Of a DNA stretch of 64,000 nucleotides, positions 27,356-39,300 are shown one piece after another. The DNA is taken from NCBI GenBank assembly GCA_965242695.1, contig CBDESU010000001.1, positions 1,120,001 through 1,184,000 on the forward strand, written 5' to 3'. Numbering within the stretch: the first letter of the stretch is position 1; each line of letters starts with the position of its first letter. The notes beneath the pieces were generated by a model. The model was not told where the DNA came from and ran no database searches. It worked only from the letters and a program-made list of their open reading frames with translations. Origin of the DNA: Cenarchaeum sp. (GTDB lineage Archaea > Thermoproteota > Nitrososphaeria > Nitrososphaerales > Nitrosopumilaceae). The translations under genes were made by a program, and so were the position numbers.

Positions 27356-30300
27356 CTAGCGGCGCGTGACGGGCCGGCCGGTCGGGGCGCTTTGGCCCGC
27401 CGCATGTGGAACGGCTCTGGCGCCGGCCCGTCCGCGCCGCTCCCCGCACAAGCGCCGAACCAAGAGCGCCGCCGGCGCCGCGGCGGCCAGGACAAGCGCC
27501 GCTGCGGCGAGCGCGGCCGCATCAGTCCAGCCGGCATCCCGCCCGTCCACCGCCTGCGCGGCCGCCTGCAGCGCCGCAAGCGGCGGGGCGAGCAAAATGC
27601 GCGCCATGTCGCGGAACGCCGCGTTCTCGCGCGCCATGTCCGCCGCGGCGGGCGAGACCGCATAGTACGCCGAGCTGAGGGCGGCCATGATCTGGGCGCC
27701 GGCGGGCGACCCGAGCATATCCCCGTCGCGCAGCTCGCGCAGCGCCTGCACCTGCGGGGCAAGCTCGGTCCCGTACGCGGCCGTCGCGATCAGGCAGCCT
27801 CCTCCTCTTCTGGAGCCGGCGGCCTCGCCTGCGCTCCCCGCCGCGGGCTCGTCCGCGGGCGGCCGCGCCTCGTCCGCGCCGCCGCCCAGATCCACCGCAG
27901 GCAGCGGCAGCGGCAGCCCAACCCGGCCGGCAGGCGCCGGCGCGGCCGGCTCTTCGTCCGGCTCGGTCGCCGGCGGCGCGGGCGCGGGCGGCGCCGCGGC
28001 GCCCGTATCGCCGCCCGAATCGCCGTCCCGCCGCGGCTCCGGCTCCGCTTCTGCGCCGGCCCCCAGTATGCGCGACCCGCTGCACGAGTCCACCAGCATG
28101 TCGTACCTGTCGGCGACCACGTAGCATTCGGGCCCCGACGACAGGTTGGCCTCGCACTCGGCGGCAGGCGGCGGGTGCGGATACCCCAGGGCCGCATCGC
28201 CGGACGTCATGCGCACCTCGATGCGCAGGTCGCGGCCGGCGGCCACGTCGACGCCGGCGAGCCATTCCGTGTCGCGGCCCGTCCCCGACTCGCCGGCAGG
28301 GGCGGCCGGCAATGCGGCGCCGCTCCCCCCCTGCAGCACGACCACGTACGCGCCGTGCGAGGCGCCTCCGGCGCCTCCGCCTCCGCCTCCGCCGCCTCCG
28401 CCGTCGACCAGGACGCGCAGATCGTCGTTTCCGCCGCAAAAGTCCCATGCCACCTCGGCCACGGACGGCAGGCGCGGCGGCCCGCCTGCCTGGCCGCCTC
28501 CGCCTGCCGGCATTGCGATGCCTCGTCCGCCGCCTCCGCCTCCGCCGCCTCCGCCGCCTCCGCCTCCGCCTCCGGACGGGGGCGGCGCCGCCGGGGTCGG
28601 GAACGGCAGGGAGGACGGCGGCGTGGGAGGAGGCACGACGACCGGCGGAGGGGGCGGGGGCTCTGGCGGCGGCACGACGACGGGCGGGGGCGGCTGCTGG
28701 CGGCTCCCGTGCACATGCCCGGCCATATCCGAGACGGCCGGCGCATCGCCGGCGGACGCCCCGTACATTCCGGGCGCGCCCGTCCCTGCTATCCGTATCC
28801 CCAGGTCGCCGAGCGCGTATCCCGACCCATCCTCGGGCAGATCGCGGACTGCCGGCGCGCCGAGCCAGTTGACGATCGCGCCGTCTGCCAGCCCGGCCCC
28901 GCCCCCGCCGCCGAGGATGCCCGCCTGGTCGCCGGCGCGTACGACGTACTCGAATGCGAGCGCCGTCGTGCCGTTGCCGTACGCGTACGCCGCGTCCCCG
29001 CCGCCCGCCCCCATTCCCAGGCTGGGCGGGCCCGCCGCATCGACGTACACCCTGCCGTCGAACACGACTACAATGGAGACGGCCTCGCCGGCGCGGTACT
29101 CGCCTCCGGCATCGGGCGATGCGATGCGCTGCACGGACGGCCGCGGCTGCGAGACCTCGACGAGCCCCACGTAATTGCCGTCCGGCACGGCCAGGGCCGC
29201 GTACGTCCTTCCCCCCGGCAGTGCGACCGCGGCCGCATCCGCGGGCCTGCCGATCGGCCACGTCCCCGTCCCCGCAGAGTCCGCAAGCGCGGCCGAGACC
29301 GCCCCGGCGCTCTCCAGCGTCCCGTTCTCGTGCACGCGCACAAGCTGCGCCCCGCCCGTCCCGCCCTCGACCCCCCGCGCCGAGACGAATGCGTACGAGT
29401 CGCCGTCGAGCACGAGCGTCGCGATGCCGCTCGCCCCGCGCAGCCCGGAAAGGCCCGGGTCGCCGTATCCGGCCGAGCCTCCCGCTACGAGCGACCCGTC
29501 CGCGCCGACCCGCACCAGCTGCACGCCGCCGTCCGCCTGCGAGGCGGCCAGCACGTGCTTTGAGCCGTTGCGCAGCGCGACGGCCTCTAGGTCGCCGGCG
29601 CCGGCGAGCCTGAACGTTTCCGGTCCCGCCGAGCCCGCGTGCGATGCGGCGCCGTCCCCGTGCACGCGTATGGAGTCTACGCCCCCGCCGCTCCGCCCGC
29701 CGGCGACCGCGTACGTCCCGTCCCGGCCGAACGCAAGGGCGGCCGCGGCGGCGGCGCCGTCAAGGTATGCGTACGCGCCGCCTGGCCCCGCCGAGCCGGC
29801 CGCCGACAGCGTCCCGTCCCCGTGCACGCGTACAATCTGCACCGCATCCGCGGACGGGAGCGGCACCGCCGCGTACGTCCCGCCGCCGTACGTCGAGAAC
29901 GCGCTCGGGCGGCCCGGGTCGGCGGGGCCCGGCCCCCCGTACAGGGCCGCTCCGCGCAGCGAGCCTGCCGCATCCAGTTCGCCGTTCTCGCGCACGCGGA
30001 GCAGCTGCACCGATCCATCTTCTTCCCCGCCCGGGCCGCTACTCGAGGCGACCGCAAGGTATGCAGACCCGTCGGCCGCCATAAAGGCGTCGATGTGCCT
30101 GGCGTCCCCGAGCGCCTCGAGTCCCGGGCCGCCGCCGCGTACGGAGGCGGCCGCCTCGAGGGTGCCGTTTTCGTGCACGCGGAGCAGGTGGACCGAGCCT
30201 GCCCGCTCCCCGGGCGGGGCTCCGATTGCGGCCGCAATGTACGCATCCCCGCCGGGCAGCGCGAGCGCATCAATTCCGGCGACCTGCCCGGCCGAGGGGA

Positions 30301-33300
30301 TGCGCATGGAATGCACCGGATGCATCCCGGGCCGCAGCGTCGACGGCGGGGGGTCGAGGGACGCGTCGATCATTATATTTTCGGACGCGCCGAGCGATCC
30401 CGCCTCTCCGGGGGGCGGCAGATCCAGGCCGGCTGCGGGCCCTCGGCCGACCGCCCTGATCTCCCAGCCGTTGGGCAGGAGGGCGCCGATGCGGGCATAG
30501 TCCAGGCGGGCGGCCGCGTCGCCCTCGCGCACCTCATACTCGAAGACGAGCGTCGAGGTGCCGTTGCCGTACGCGTACGGCGCGACGGCGCGGGATGCGC
30601 CGCCGGCGGCCAGCTCTAGCGCCGGCGGCGGGGGCTGGGGCGGGCCGCCGAGGTGGGACGAGGATGGGCCGCCGAGTGCGGCTGTCGGGGCCGAGGCGGC
30701 CGGGAGGGCGGCCGGGAGGGCCGCGGAGTCCAAGAGTGCAGAGGCGGCCCTTGCGGCCGGGTCGCCGGGCCCCTCGTATATGGCGACCGGGCGGTCAAAG
30801 CCGACCGCGATCGGTACGATCGCGCCGGGCCAGGTGATCGCATGCGGGCCGTACATGTCGTTGTACGGCGAGGATACGGACATGACCGACGGCGGGGCGG
30901 CCTCGAATGCGGTCCATTCCGCCCCGGCCGAGTCGGATGCGGCCGGGGCGTCGCGCAGCGCCATCCTCACCGAGCCCGACAGTACGATCGAGTCGTGCGC
31001 GGCCGGGGCGTCCGCGCCGGATGCCGCGTACATGCCGGACAGCTCGGCAGAGTCCGATACGGAGGGGGCGTCGGACGGCATGATGTCGAACATTCCAGAG
31101 GCGGCGGCAGAGTCGGAGACGGCCGGGGCGTCGCCGTGCCGCACGTCGAACATGCGGGCGGCTATGCCCGTGTCCGAGACGGCGGGGGAGTCCGTACCGG
31201 ATACCACGTACATGCCGGACAGCTCGGCAGAGTCGGATACGGAGGGGGCGTCGGACGGGGAGATCACGTACATGCCGGACAGCTCGGCAGAGTCGGAGAC
31301 GGCCGGGGCGTCGGACGGCATGGCGTCGAACATTCCAGAGGTGGTGGCCGAGTCGGACACGGCGGGGGTGTCGGCCGTCATGATGCCGAACGTGGCCGTG
31401 GCCGTGGCAGAGTCCGATATGGCAGGGGTGTCGCCGGCTCGGGCCCCGTACATTCCCGACAGCTCGACAGAGTCGGATACGGAGGGGGCGTCGATTGGGG
31501 ATACCACGTACATGCCGGACAGCTCGACAGAGTCCGATATGGCAGGGGTGTCGGTTGGCATGATGCCGAACATGCCGGAGGTGGTGGCCGAGTCCGAGAC
31601 CGAGGGGGTGTCGGACGGGGCTATTCCGAACATGGCCGTGGCGTCGGCCGAGTCCGAGACCGAGGGGGTGTCGGACGGCATGATGCCGAACATGCCGGAG
31701 GTGGTGACAGAGTCCGAGACCGAGGGGGTGTCGGACGGGGCTATTCCGAACATGGCCGTGGCGTCGGCCGAGTCCGAGACCGAGGGGGTGTCGGACGGCA
31801 TGATGCCGAACATGCCGGAGGTGGTGACAGAGTCCGAGACCGAGGGGGTGTCGGACGGCATGATGCCGAACATGCCGGAGGTAGTGGCCGAGTCGGAGAC
31901 GGTGGGGGTGTCGGAGGCCGTCGCCCCGTACATCCCAGACAGCTCGACAGAGTCCGAGACGGCGGGGGTGTCAAGCGGCGAGACCCGCAGCGAGCCCGAC
32001 AGTACGACAGAGTCCGAGACGGCGGGGGTGTCGGTTGGCGATGCGCCAAACATGCCCGACAGTGTGCCCATGTCCGAGACGGTGGGGGTGTCGGTTGCCG
32101 TGGCGTTGAACGTGCCGACGGCCGCGGCAGAGTCCGAGACGGTGGGGGTGTCGGTCTGCATGATGCCGAACATGCCGGAGGTGGTGGCAGAGTCCGAAAC
32201 CGAGGGGGTGTCGGTTGCCGTGGCGTTGAACGTGCCGACGGCCGCGGCAGAGTCCGAGACTGCAGGGGCGTCGGTTGGCATGATGCCGAACATGCCGGAG
32301 GTGGTGGCAGAGTCCGAAACCGAGGGCGTGTCGGACGGCATGATGCCGAACATGGCCGTGGCCGTGGCCGAGTCCGAAACCGAGGGCGTGTCGGACGGGG
32401 TAATTCCGAACATGCCGGAGGTGGTGGCAGAGTCCGAGACTGTGGGGGCGTCGGCCGGGACGATTGCAAACGTGCCCAGCTGCGTGGCCATGTCCGAGAC
32501 GGCCGGAGCGTCGCCGACACTGGCCCCGTACGTGCCCGACAGATTGGCCATGTCCGAGACGGCCGGGGCGTCGGAGGCCGATGCGTTGAACATGGCCGTG
32601 GCCGTGGCCGAGTCCGAAACCGAGGGCGTGTCGGACGGGGTAATTCCGAACATGCCGGAGGTGGTGGCCGAGTCCGAGACTGTGGGGGCGTCGGCCGGGA
32701 CGATTGCAAACGTGCCCAGCTGCGTGGCCATGTCCGAGACGGCCGGAGCGTCGCCGACACTGGCCCCGTACGTGCCCGACAGATTGGCCATGTCCGAGAC
32801 GGTCGGGGCGTCGGAGGCCATGATGCCGAACATGGCCGTGGCCGTGGCCGAGTCCGAGATGGCAGGGGTGTCGCGCGGCATGATGCCGAACATTCCAGAG
32901 GCGGTCGCCGAGTCAGAGATCGAGGGGTCGTCCGAGGCCATCGTATTGAACATTCCCGTAGTCGCGGCCGAGTCCGAGACGGAGGGGGTGTCGGACGGGG
33001 TGGCCGCGAACATGCTGGTCTGAGTGGAAGAGTCCGAGACGGAGGGGGTGTCGGACGGGGTGGCCGCGAACATGCTGGTCTGCGTGGAAGAGTCCGACAC
33101 TGCGGGGGTGTCGGCGGCAGTGACACCGAACATGGCCGAAGCGGTGGCCGAGTCTGATACGGATGGGGCGTCGCGCGGCGCGATTCCGAACATGGCCGTG
33201 GCCGCGGCAGAGTCCGAGACGGAGGGGGTGTCGGACGGGGTGGCCGCGAACATGCTGGTCTGCGTGGAAGAGTCCGACACTGCGGGGGTGTCGGCGGCAG

Positions 33301-36300
33301 TGACACCGAACATGGCCGAAGCGGTGGCCGAGTCTGATACGGATGGGGCGTCGCGCGGCGCGATTCCGAACATGGCCGTGGCCGTGGCCGAGTCCAAGAC
33401 GGAGGGGGTGTCGCCTGCAGTGACGCCGAACATGGCCGAAGCGGTGGCCGAGTCTGATACGGATGGGGTGTCGCGCGGCGCGATTCCGAACATGGCCGTG
33501 GCCGTGGCCGAGTCCGAGACGGAGGGGGTGTCGGACGGGGTGGCCGCGAACATGCTGGTCTGCGTGGCCGAGTCCGAGACGGAGGGGGTGTCGGCGGCAG
33601 TGACACCGAACATGGCCGAAGCGGTGGCCGAGTCTGATACGGATGGGGCGTCGGCCGGGGTGGCCGCGAACATGCGGGTCTGCGTGGCCGAGTCCGAGAC
33701 GGAGGGGGCATCACCGTGCACCTGTGCAGTCATTGCAGGCAAGCCGTCGACAAGGATGCTTTTCAGGACGCCGAGCGCCTGTGCGGATCCCGCCGCCGGC
33801 AGCGAGTGGGCGTACGTGTCGTTGAGGTAGTTTGTGATCGGGCCGCCGGCCAGCGCATTCGTGCCGTTGTGGTCGAGTATGCCCGAGTCGCCTAACTTGA
33901 CAGCGTACCCGAACGTGAGCGCCGTCGTGCCGTTGCCGGACGCGTACGCCGCGCTGCCCCCCGTGCTCATCGCAAGCACGGGCGGGTTGTCGGCATCGAC
34001 GTACACCCTGCCCTCGAACACGACCGTGACGTTGACCGTGGTGCCGGTATAGTACGTGCCGTTGGCGTCGTGCGACGTGACGCGCAGCGCGGACGGCGAT
34101 CGCGGCGAGATCCCAAGCAGTTCCACCGTGTCCTGGCCCGACGAGGCCACGGCGGCGTACGCGCGGCCGTTGGGCAGGGTGAATGCGACGACATCTGTGT
34201 TGGCGCCAAGCTGAAACAGAGGGAAACGAAACACCAGCCGCGTGGCCGCGTCGATCCCCTCCAGGGTTCCGTCCTCGTGCACGCGGATCAGCTGCGCTCC
34301 GCCGCCCGGCCCAAAATGCGCCTGCTTGCCGTCGGCATACGAGGCCACGAGCACGTACGTGTCGCCGTCCAGCACGAGCGCATCGGCGCCGTTGGCCAGC
34401 TCCAGCGCGGAATAGCCCGAATCGCCGTGGCCCACCGAGTCCGGCCCCGAAAGGGTGCCGTCGTCGTGCACGCGAATCAGCTGCGCGCCGCTGTCGGCAT
34501 ACGAGGCGGCCAGCACGTGCTTTGAGCCGTTGCGCAGGGCAAAGGATACGAGGCCGTCGGCGCCGTCGAGCTCCTGAAATCCGGCGTCGTCGGATGCTGA
34601 CCTCTGGTAGGCCGTGGCGCCGCCGTCGCCCACCCTGAACATGTCCACGCCGCCGCTGCTCCGCCCGCCCGCGAGGGCGTACGTGCCGCCGCCGGGCAGG
34701 ACGAGCGTGGTCGCAGCGCGGCTGTCGCCGAGGTGGGCGTATGGGGGCCCCGGCCCTATCGATCCCGCGTTGGACATGGTGGCGTCCTCGTGCACGCGGA
34801 TCAGCTGCACCGCATTCTCGGCCGGCGAGGCCACCATTGCGTACGTGTCTCCGCTGCGCAGGGAAAACACGTGCACGCGGTGGGCGCCGGTGAGGGCCAG
34901 GCTGGAATCCTGGTCCTTGCGCAGCGATCCGGCCGCCTGGAGGGAGCCGTCGTCGTGCACGCGGATCAGCTGCACGCCGTTGTCGCCGTGCGAGGACACC
35001 ATGGCGTACGCAGAGCCGTTCCTCAGCCTGAACACGTCCACGAACTGGGCATGGCTGAGCGTGTCAAAGTCGGAACCGCTGGAAACGCTGTCGTCGCGCG
35101 CAAAGTCCCCGCACTCTAGGTCGCCGCGCTCGTTCACGAGGAGCATCTGCACGGCATGGGAGCCGCGCGCGGCCGCGATGACGTACGTGTCGCCGTTGGG
35201 CAGGGTGATGGCGTCGAGGCCGTAGGCGCCGTTCAATGTGGCGACGGACTCGCAGGCGGCAAAGAAGCTTCGCAGGGAGCTCAGTACGGGGCGCATCGTG
35301 GACGGCGGCGGAGAGAGGGACGTGTCAATTACAATATCCTCCGTTGCGGCAAGCGAGCCGTCGTCCCCGTGGCGCGGCAGCCCCGACACCACATTGCGCC
35401 CGTTTGCGTCCCGAATGGCCCCGCCGTTGAGCTTCAGGGCCCCCGTGCCGGCATAGTCCAGGTCGTCCGTGCGGTCTCCCTGCCTTACCACATACTCGAA
35501 TACGAGCGCAGTCGTGCCGTTGCCTGAGGCGTACGCGGCCGTTCCGGCGGTGGCTCCGCCCGTGCTCAGCTCGAGCGTCGGCGTTCTTCCGCCGGCGCCC
35601 TCGTAGATGGAGACGGGCCGGCCAAAGTCGACCGCGATCGGCACGATTGCGCCCGGGTCCGTGATCGTATGCGGGCCGTACATGTCGTCGTACGGCGACG
35701 AGACGGTCGTGACTGGGCGGCGGATCCCGTCGACCGTAATGTCCTTCAGCTCGCCGAGCGTGCTTCCCGACCCCGCCGCCGGCAGGTCGCGGCCGGCCCC
35801 CGCATTCAGGTAGTTTGTGATCGGGCCGCCCCCGAGCGCGGTTCCGCGGTCGCGGTGGTGGTCAAGGGCCATGCGGGGCTCTCCGTGCTGGACCTCGTAC
35901 TCGAACGCCAGCGCCGTCGTGCCGCTGCCCGACACGTATCTGGCGTCTCTGTCCGTGCTCATCCTGAGCGCGGGCGGGTCGCCGACATCGACGTACACCC
36001 TTGCGTTGAACACGACGCTGACGCGGACGGTCTCGCCGCTGAAGTACGTGCCGTTGGCATCGGGGGACGTGACGTACTGCACGGACGGCGCAGGCATGTC
36101 GATCCTGAACAGGTTCATCGCGTCCACGTTGCCCGAGGCCGTGGCGGCCACGTACGTGCGGTTGTCGGGCAGGGTAAAGGCGGCTACGTCTCTGTATCCA
36201 AACCTACCTCCAGATACCTCGTGGCCCCTGGCAGGGTCGCCCGCCTGGAGCGTGCCGTTCTCGTGCACGCGGATCAGCTGGACGCCCGACTCGAGGTGGT

Positions 36301-39300
36301 AGTCGGGAGACGACCGCACATTGGACGACGGGCCGGAGGACACCATGGCGTAGGTGTCGCCGTCTAGGACGAAGGTGTCGACGCCGCTGGCTCTTCGAAG
36401 CTTCAGGGCACTGTTGTCTGCAATCGAGTCCGCCCCCGACAGGGCGCCGGCCTCGTGCACGCGGATGAGCTGGACGGCATGGTTGTCGAACGAGGTGGCC
36501 AGGGCGTAGGTGTCGCCGTTGCGGAGGGTAAAGGCCTCCAGGTCGAAGATGTCGTACAGGTTACTGAACCCGCCGGCGCCGTTCACTGCATCCATCTCGC
36601 GGGCCATGGAGCCGTTGCCGTGCACGCCGAGCAGCTGCACGCGCGGCGAGTTGTCCCCGCCGACGAGGGCGCGCATGCCGCCGTCGCGCAGGCTGAACGC
36701 GGCAGCGGCGCGGCTCCTGTACAGTGGATCTACCTGGGCGGAGAGCTCCGAGTCCGCCGCGGCCATTGTTCCGTCCTCGTGCACGCGGATGAGCTGGACG
36801 CCGCCGTACTCACTACTACCATCCGTGTCCAACCCATTCGAGGCCACCAAGGCGTACGTGTCGCCGTTGCTGAGGGCGAACACGTCAAGGCCGCTCGGCC
36901 TGGCGAGCGCGTCGTAGGCGCCGCCGCCGGCACCCAGGCTGCCGTTGCGCGCCTCGCCGGCCGCCACGAGGGTCGCATTCTCGTGCACGCGGATTAGCTG
37001 GACGGCGCCGTAGCGGTCGCCGCCGGGGCCGAGAACATGCGAGGACACCATGGCATACGTGTCGCCGTTGCGCAGCGTGAACGCCTTTACGTGGTAGGGG
37101 TTTGTGAGCGCCGCAAATTCGGCCCCCACCTCCGCCTTCTGGCCGGCGCCAGTCAGCAGCGTGATCGTGCCGCTGCCCGACACATGGAACAGCCGGACCG
37201 AGTTCGTGGCACCACGGTTGTCGTATCCAGTGGTCGCGATGAGGTATGTCTCGCCGTTGCGGAGGGTGAACGCGTCGACGCCGCTGATGGCATCGAAGTC
37301 GTTGTCGATGGGGCGGTTGGGGGGACCCTCGTCGGGGCCGTAGACGTATCCATGCAACTCGATATCCGGCATCAGCGTCGACGGCGGCGGCGAGAGGAAT
37401 GTGTCGATCATGATCGACTCGGATCCGCTGAGCGAGTCCGGGTGCCCGGGAACCGGCAGGGCAGGGCCCAGTTCGGGGGCGTGCCCCGCGTAGTCGGCGA
37501 TCGTCCCGCCGTCGAGCGAGAGCGCGTCCGTTCCGGTGTAGTTCAGGCCGCCCGTGCGGTCGCCCTGTCGCACCGTATACTCGAATACGAGCGTCGACGA
37601 GCCGTTGCCCGAGGCGTACGTCGCGTTGCCGTGCGTTGCGCCGCCCGTGTTCAGCCAGAGCAGCGGGCGGCCGCCGGACTCGCGTATTACGACGGGCTCG
37701 TCAAAGCGGAGCGCGATCGGCACGATTGCGCCCGGGTCGGTGATCGTATGCGGGCCGTACAGGTCGTCGTACGGCGACGTGACGGACAGGAGGGCCGGGG
37801 GCATCGTGTCGGGCACGATCCTCTTGCGCTCGCCGAGCGTGCCCCCCGACCCCCCTGCGGGCAGCGTGCGGTTGGCCGCCTCGCCGAGGTAGTTTGTGAT
37901 CGCGCCGCCTTCCAACGCCCTCGTGTTGTTGTGGTCGAGTGCGACCTGCGGGTCGGTAGCGTTGATGCGGTACTCGAACAAGAGCGCCGTAGTGCCGTTG
38001 CCGGCCAGGTACTTTGCGGCGTTCCCCGTGTTCATCCGCAGCTCGGGCGGGCCGCCCGAGACGTACACCCTGCCGTCGAACGCGACCGTGACGTTGATTG
38101 GGGTGCCGGCCGGGTACGACCCGGCGGCGTCGGGGGACGTGACGTACTGCACGGACGGCGCGGGCAAGTCGATCCTGAACAGGTTCATCGCATCGACGTT
38201 GCCCGATGCCGAGGCGGCCACGTACGTGCGGTCGTCGGGCAGGGTGAATGCGGCCACGTCCTCGTACGCAAACCAGCCGTTGTTGACCTCGTGGCCCCTG
38301 GCAGCGGCTTCCGCCCCGAGGGTGCCGTCTTCGTGCACGCGGATCAGTTGGACGCCCTGCTCCTGCACGCTGCGGTCGGCGGAGGACACCATGGCGTACG
38401 TGTCGCCGTCCAGGACGAAGGTGTCGACGCCGCGGGCGTGCCTCAGCTTCAGGTCGTAGCGGTCGCCGTCGTGGATGTGTCCACTTCCCGAGAGGGAGCC
38501 GTTCTCGTGCACGCGGATCATCTGGACGGCGTGCTCTTCGTGAGAGGTGGCCAGGGCGTATGTGTCGCCGTTGCGGAGGGTAAAGGGCGCAATGTCGAAG
38601 ACGTCGTACAGGTAGTCGAGCCCCGGGGCGCCGCGCGCTGCATGCCCCTCCCGGGACATCGAGCCGTCGGCGTGCACGCCGAGCAGCTGCACGCGGGGCG
38701 AGTCGTCCCCGCCGACAAGGGCGTGTGTGCTGCCGTTGCGCAGCTCGAACGCGGCCACGGCGCGGCTCAGGTACAGGGAATCGTATGGCCCTGGATAGGG
38801 TATATTCGACAATTCCGAGCCGGCCGCGGACATCGTGCCGTCCTCGTGCACGCGGATGAGCTGGACGCCGCCGTAGTCGGTCGACGTGGACGCATCTCCG
38901 GTAGAGGACACCATGGCGTACGTGTCGCCGTTGCGGAGTGCGAATACCGCGAGGTCGCGCGGCCTGGCGAGCGCATCGTAGGCGTTGCCATCGGCGCCCA
39001 TGCTGCCGTTGCGCGCCACACCGGCCGCCTCCAGGGTCGCATTCTCGTGGATGCGGAACAGCTGGACGGCGCCGTCGCCGCTGGTGCGGGTGCTTTCCAT
39101 CGAGGACACCATGGCGTACGTGTCGCCGCTGCGGAGGGCGAACGCCTCCACGTGGAGGGGGTTTGGCATTGCCGGAAATTCGGTCGCGTTCAGCCGCTGG
39201 CCCGGGCCGGCCAGCCGCGCGAGCCCGCCGTCGCGCGCCACATGGAACAGCTGGACGGCGTTGCCGTCCACGCCGCTGGCGCTGTACACGGCCGCGGCGA

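Noticed and set aside
30900-33720. Regular 60-bp periodicity resembling a CRISPR array
   Set aside because: The repeats are degenerate at codon positions, in frame within the giant ORF, the intervening parts are mutually homologous, and no cas genes are present.
30558-33830. Long plus-strand ORFs (821, 834 and 268 aa) and other long ORFs antisense to the giant gene
   Set aside because: Shadow frames caused by high GC and repetitive codon usage; no independent promoter or protein signal.
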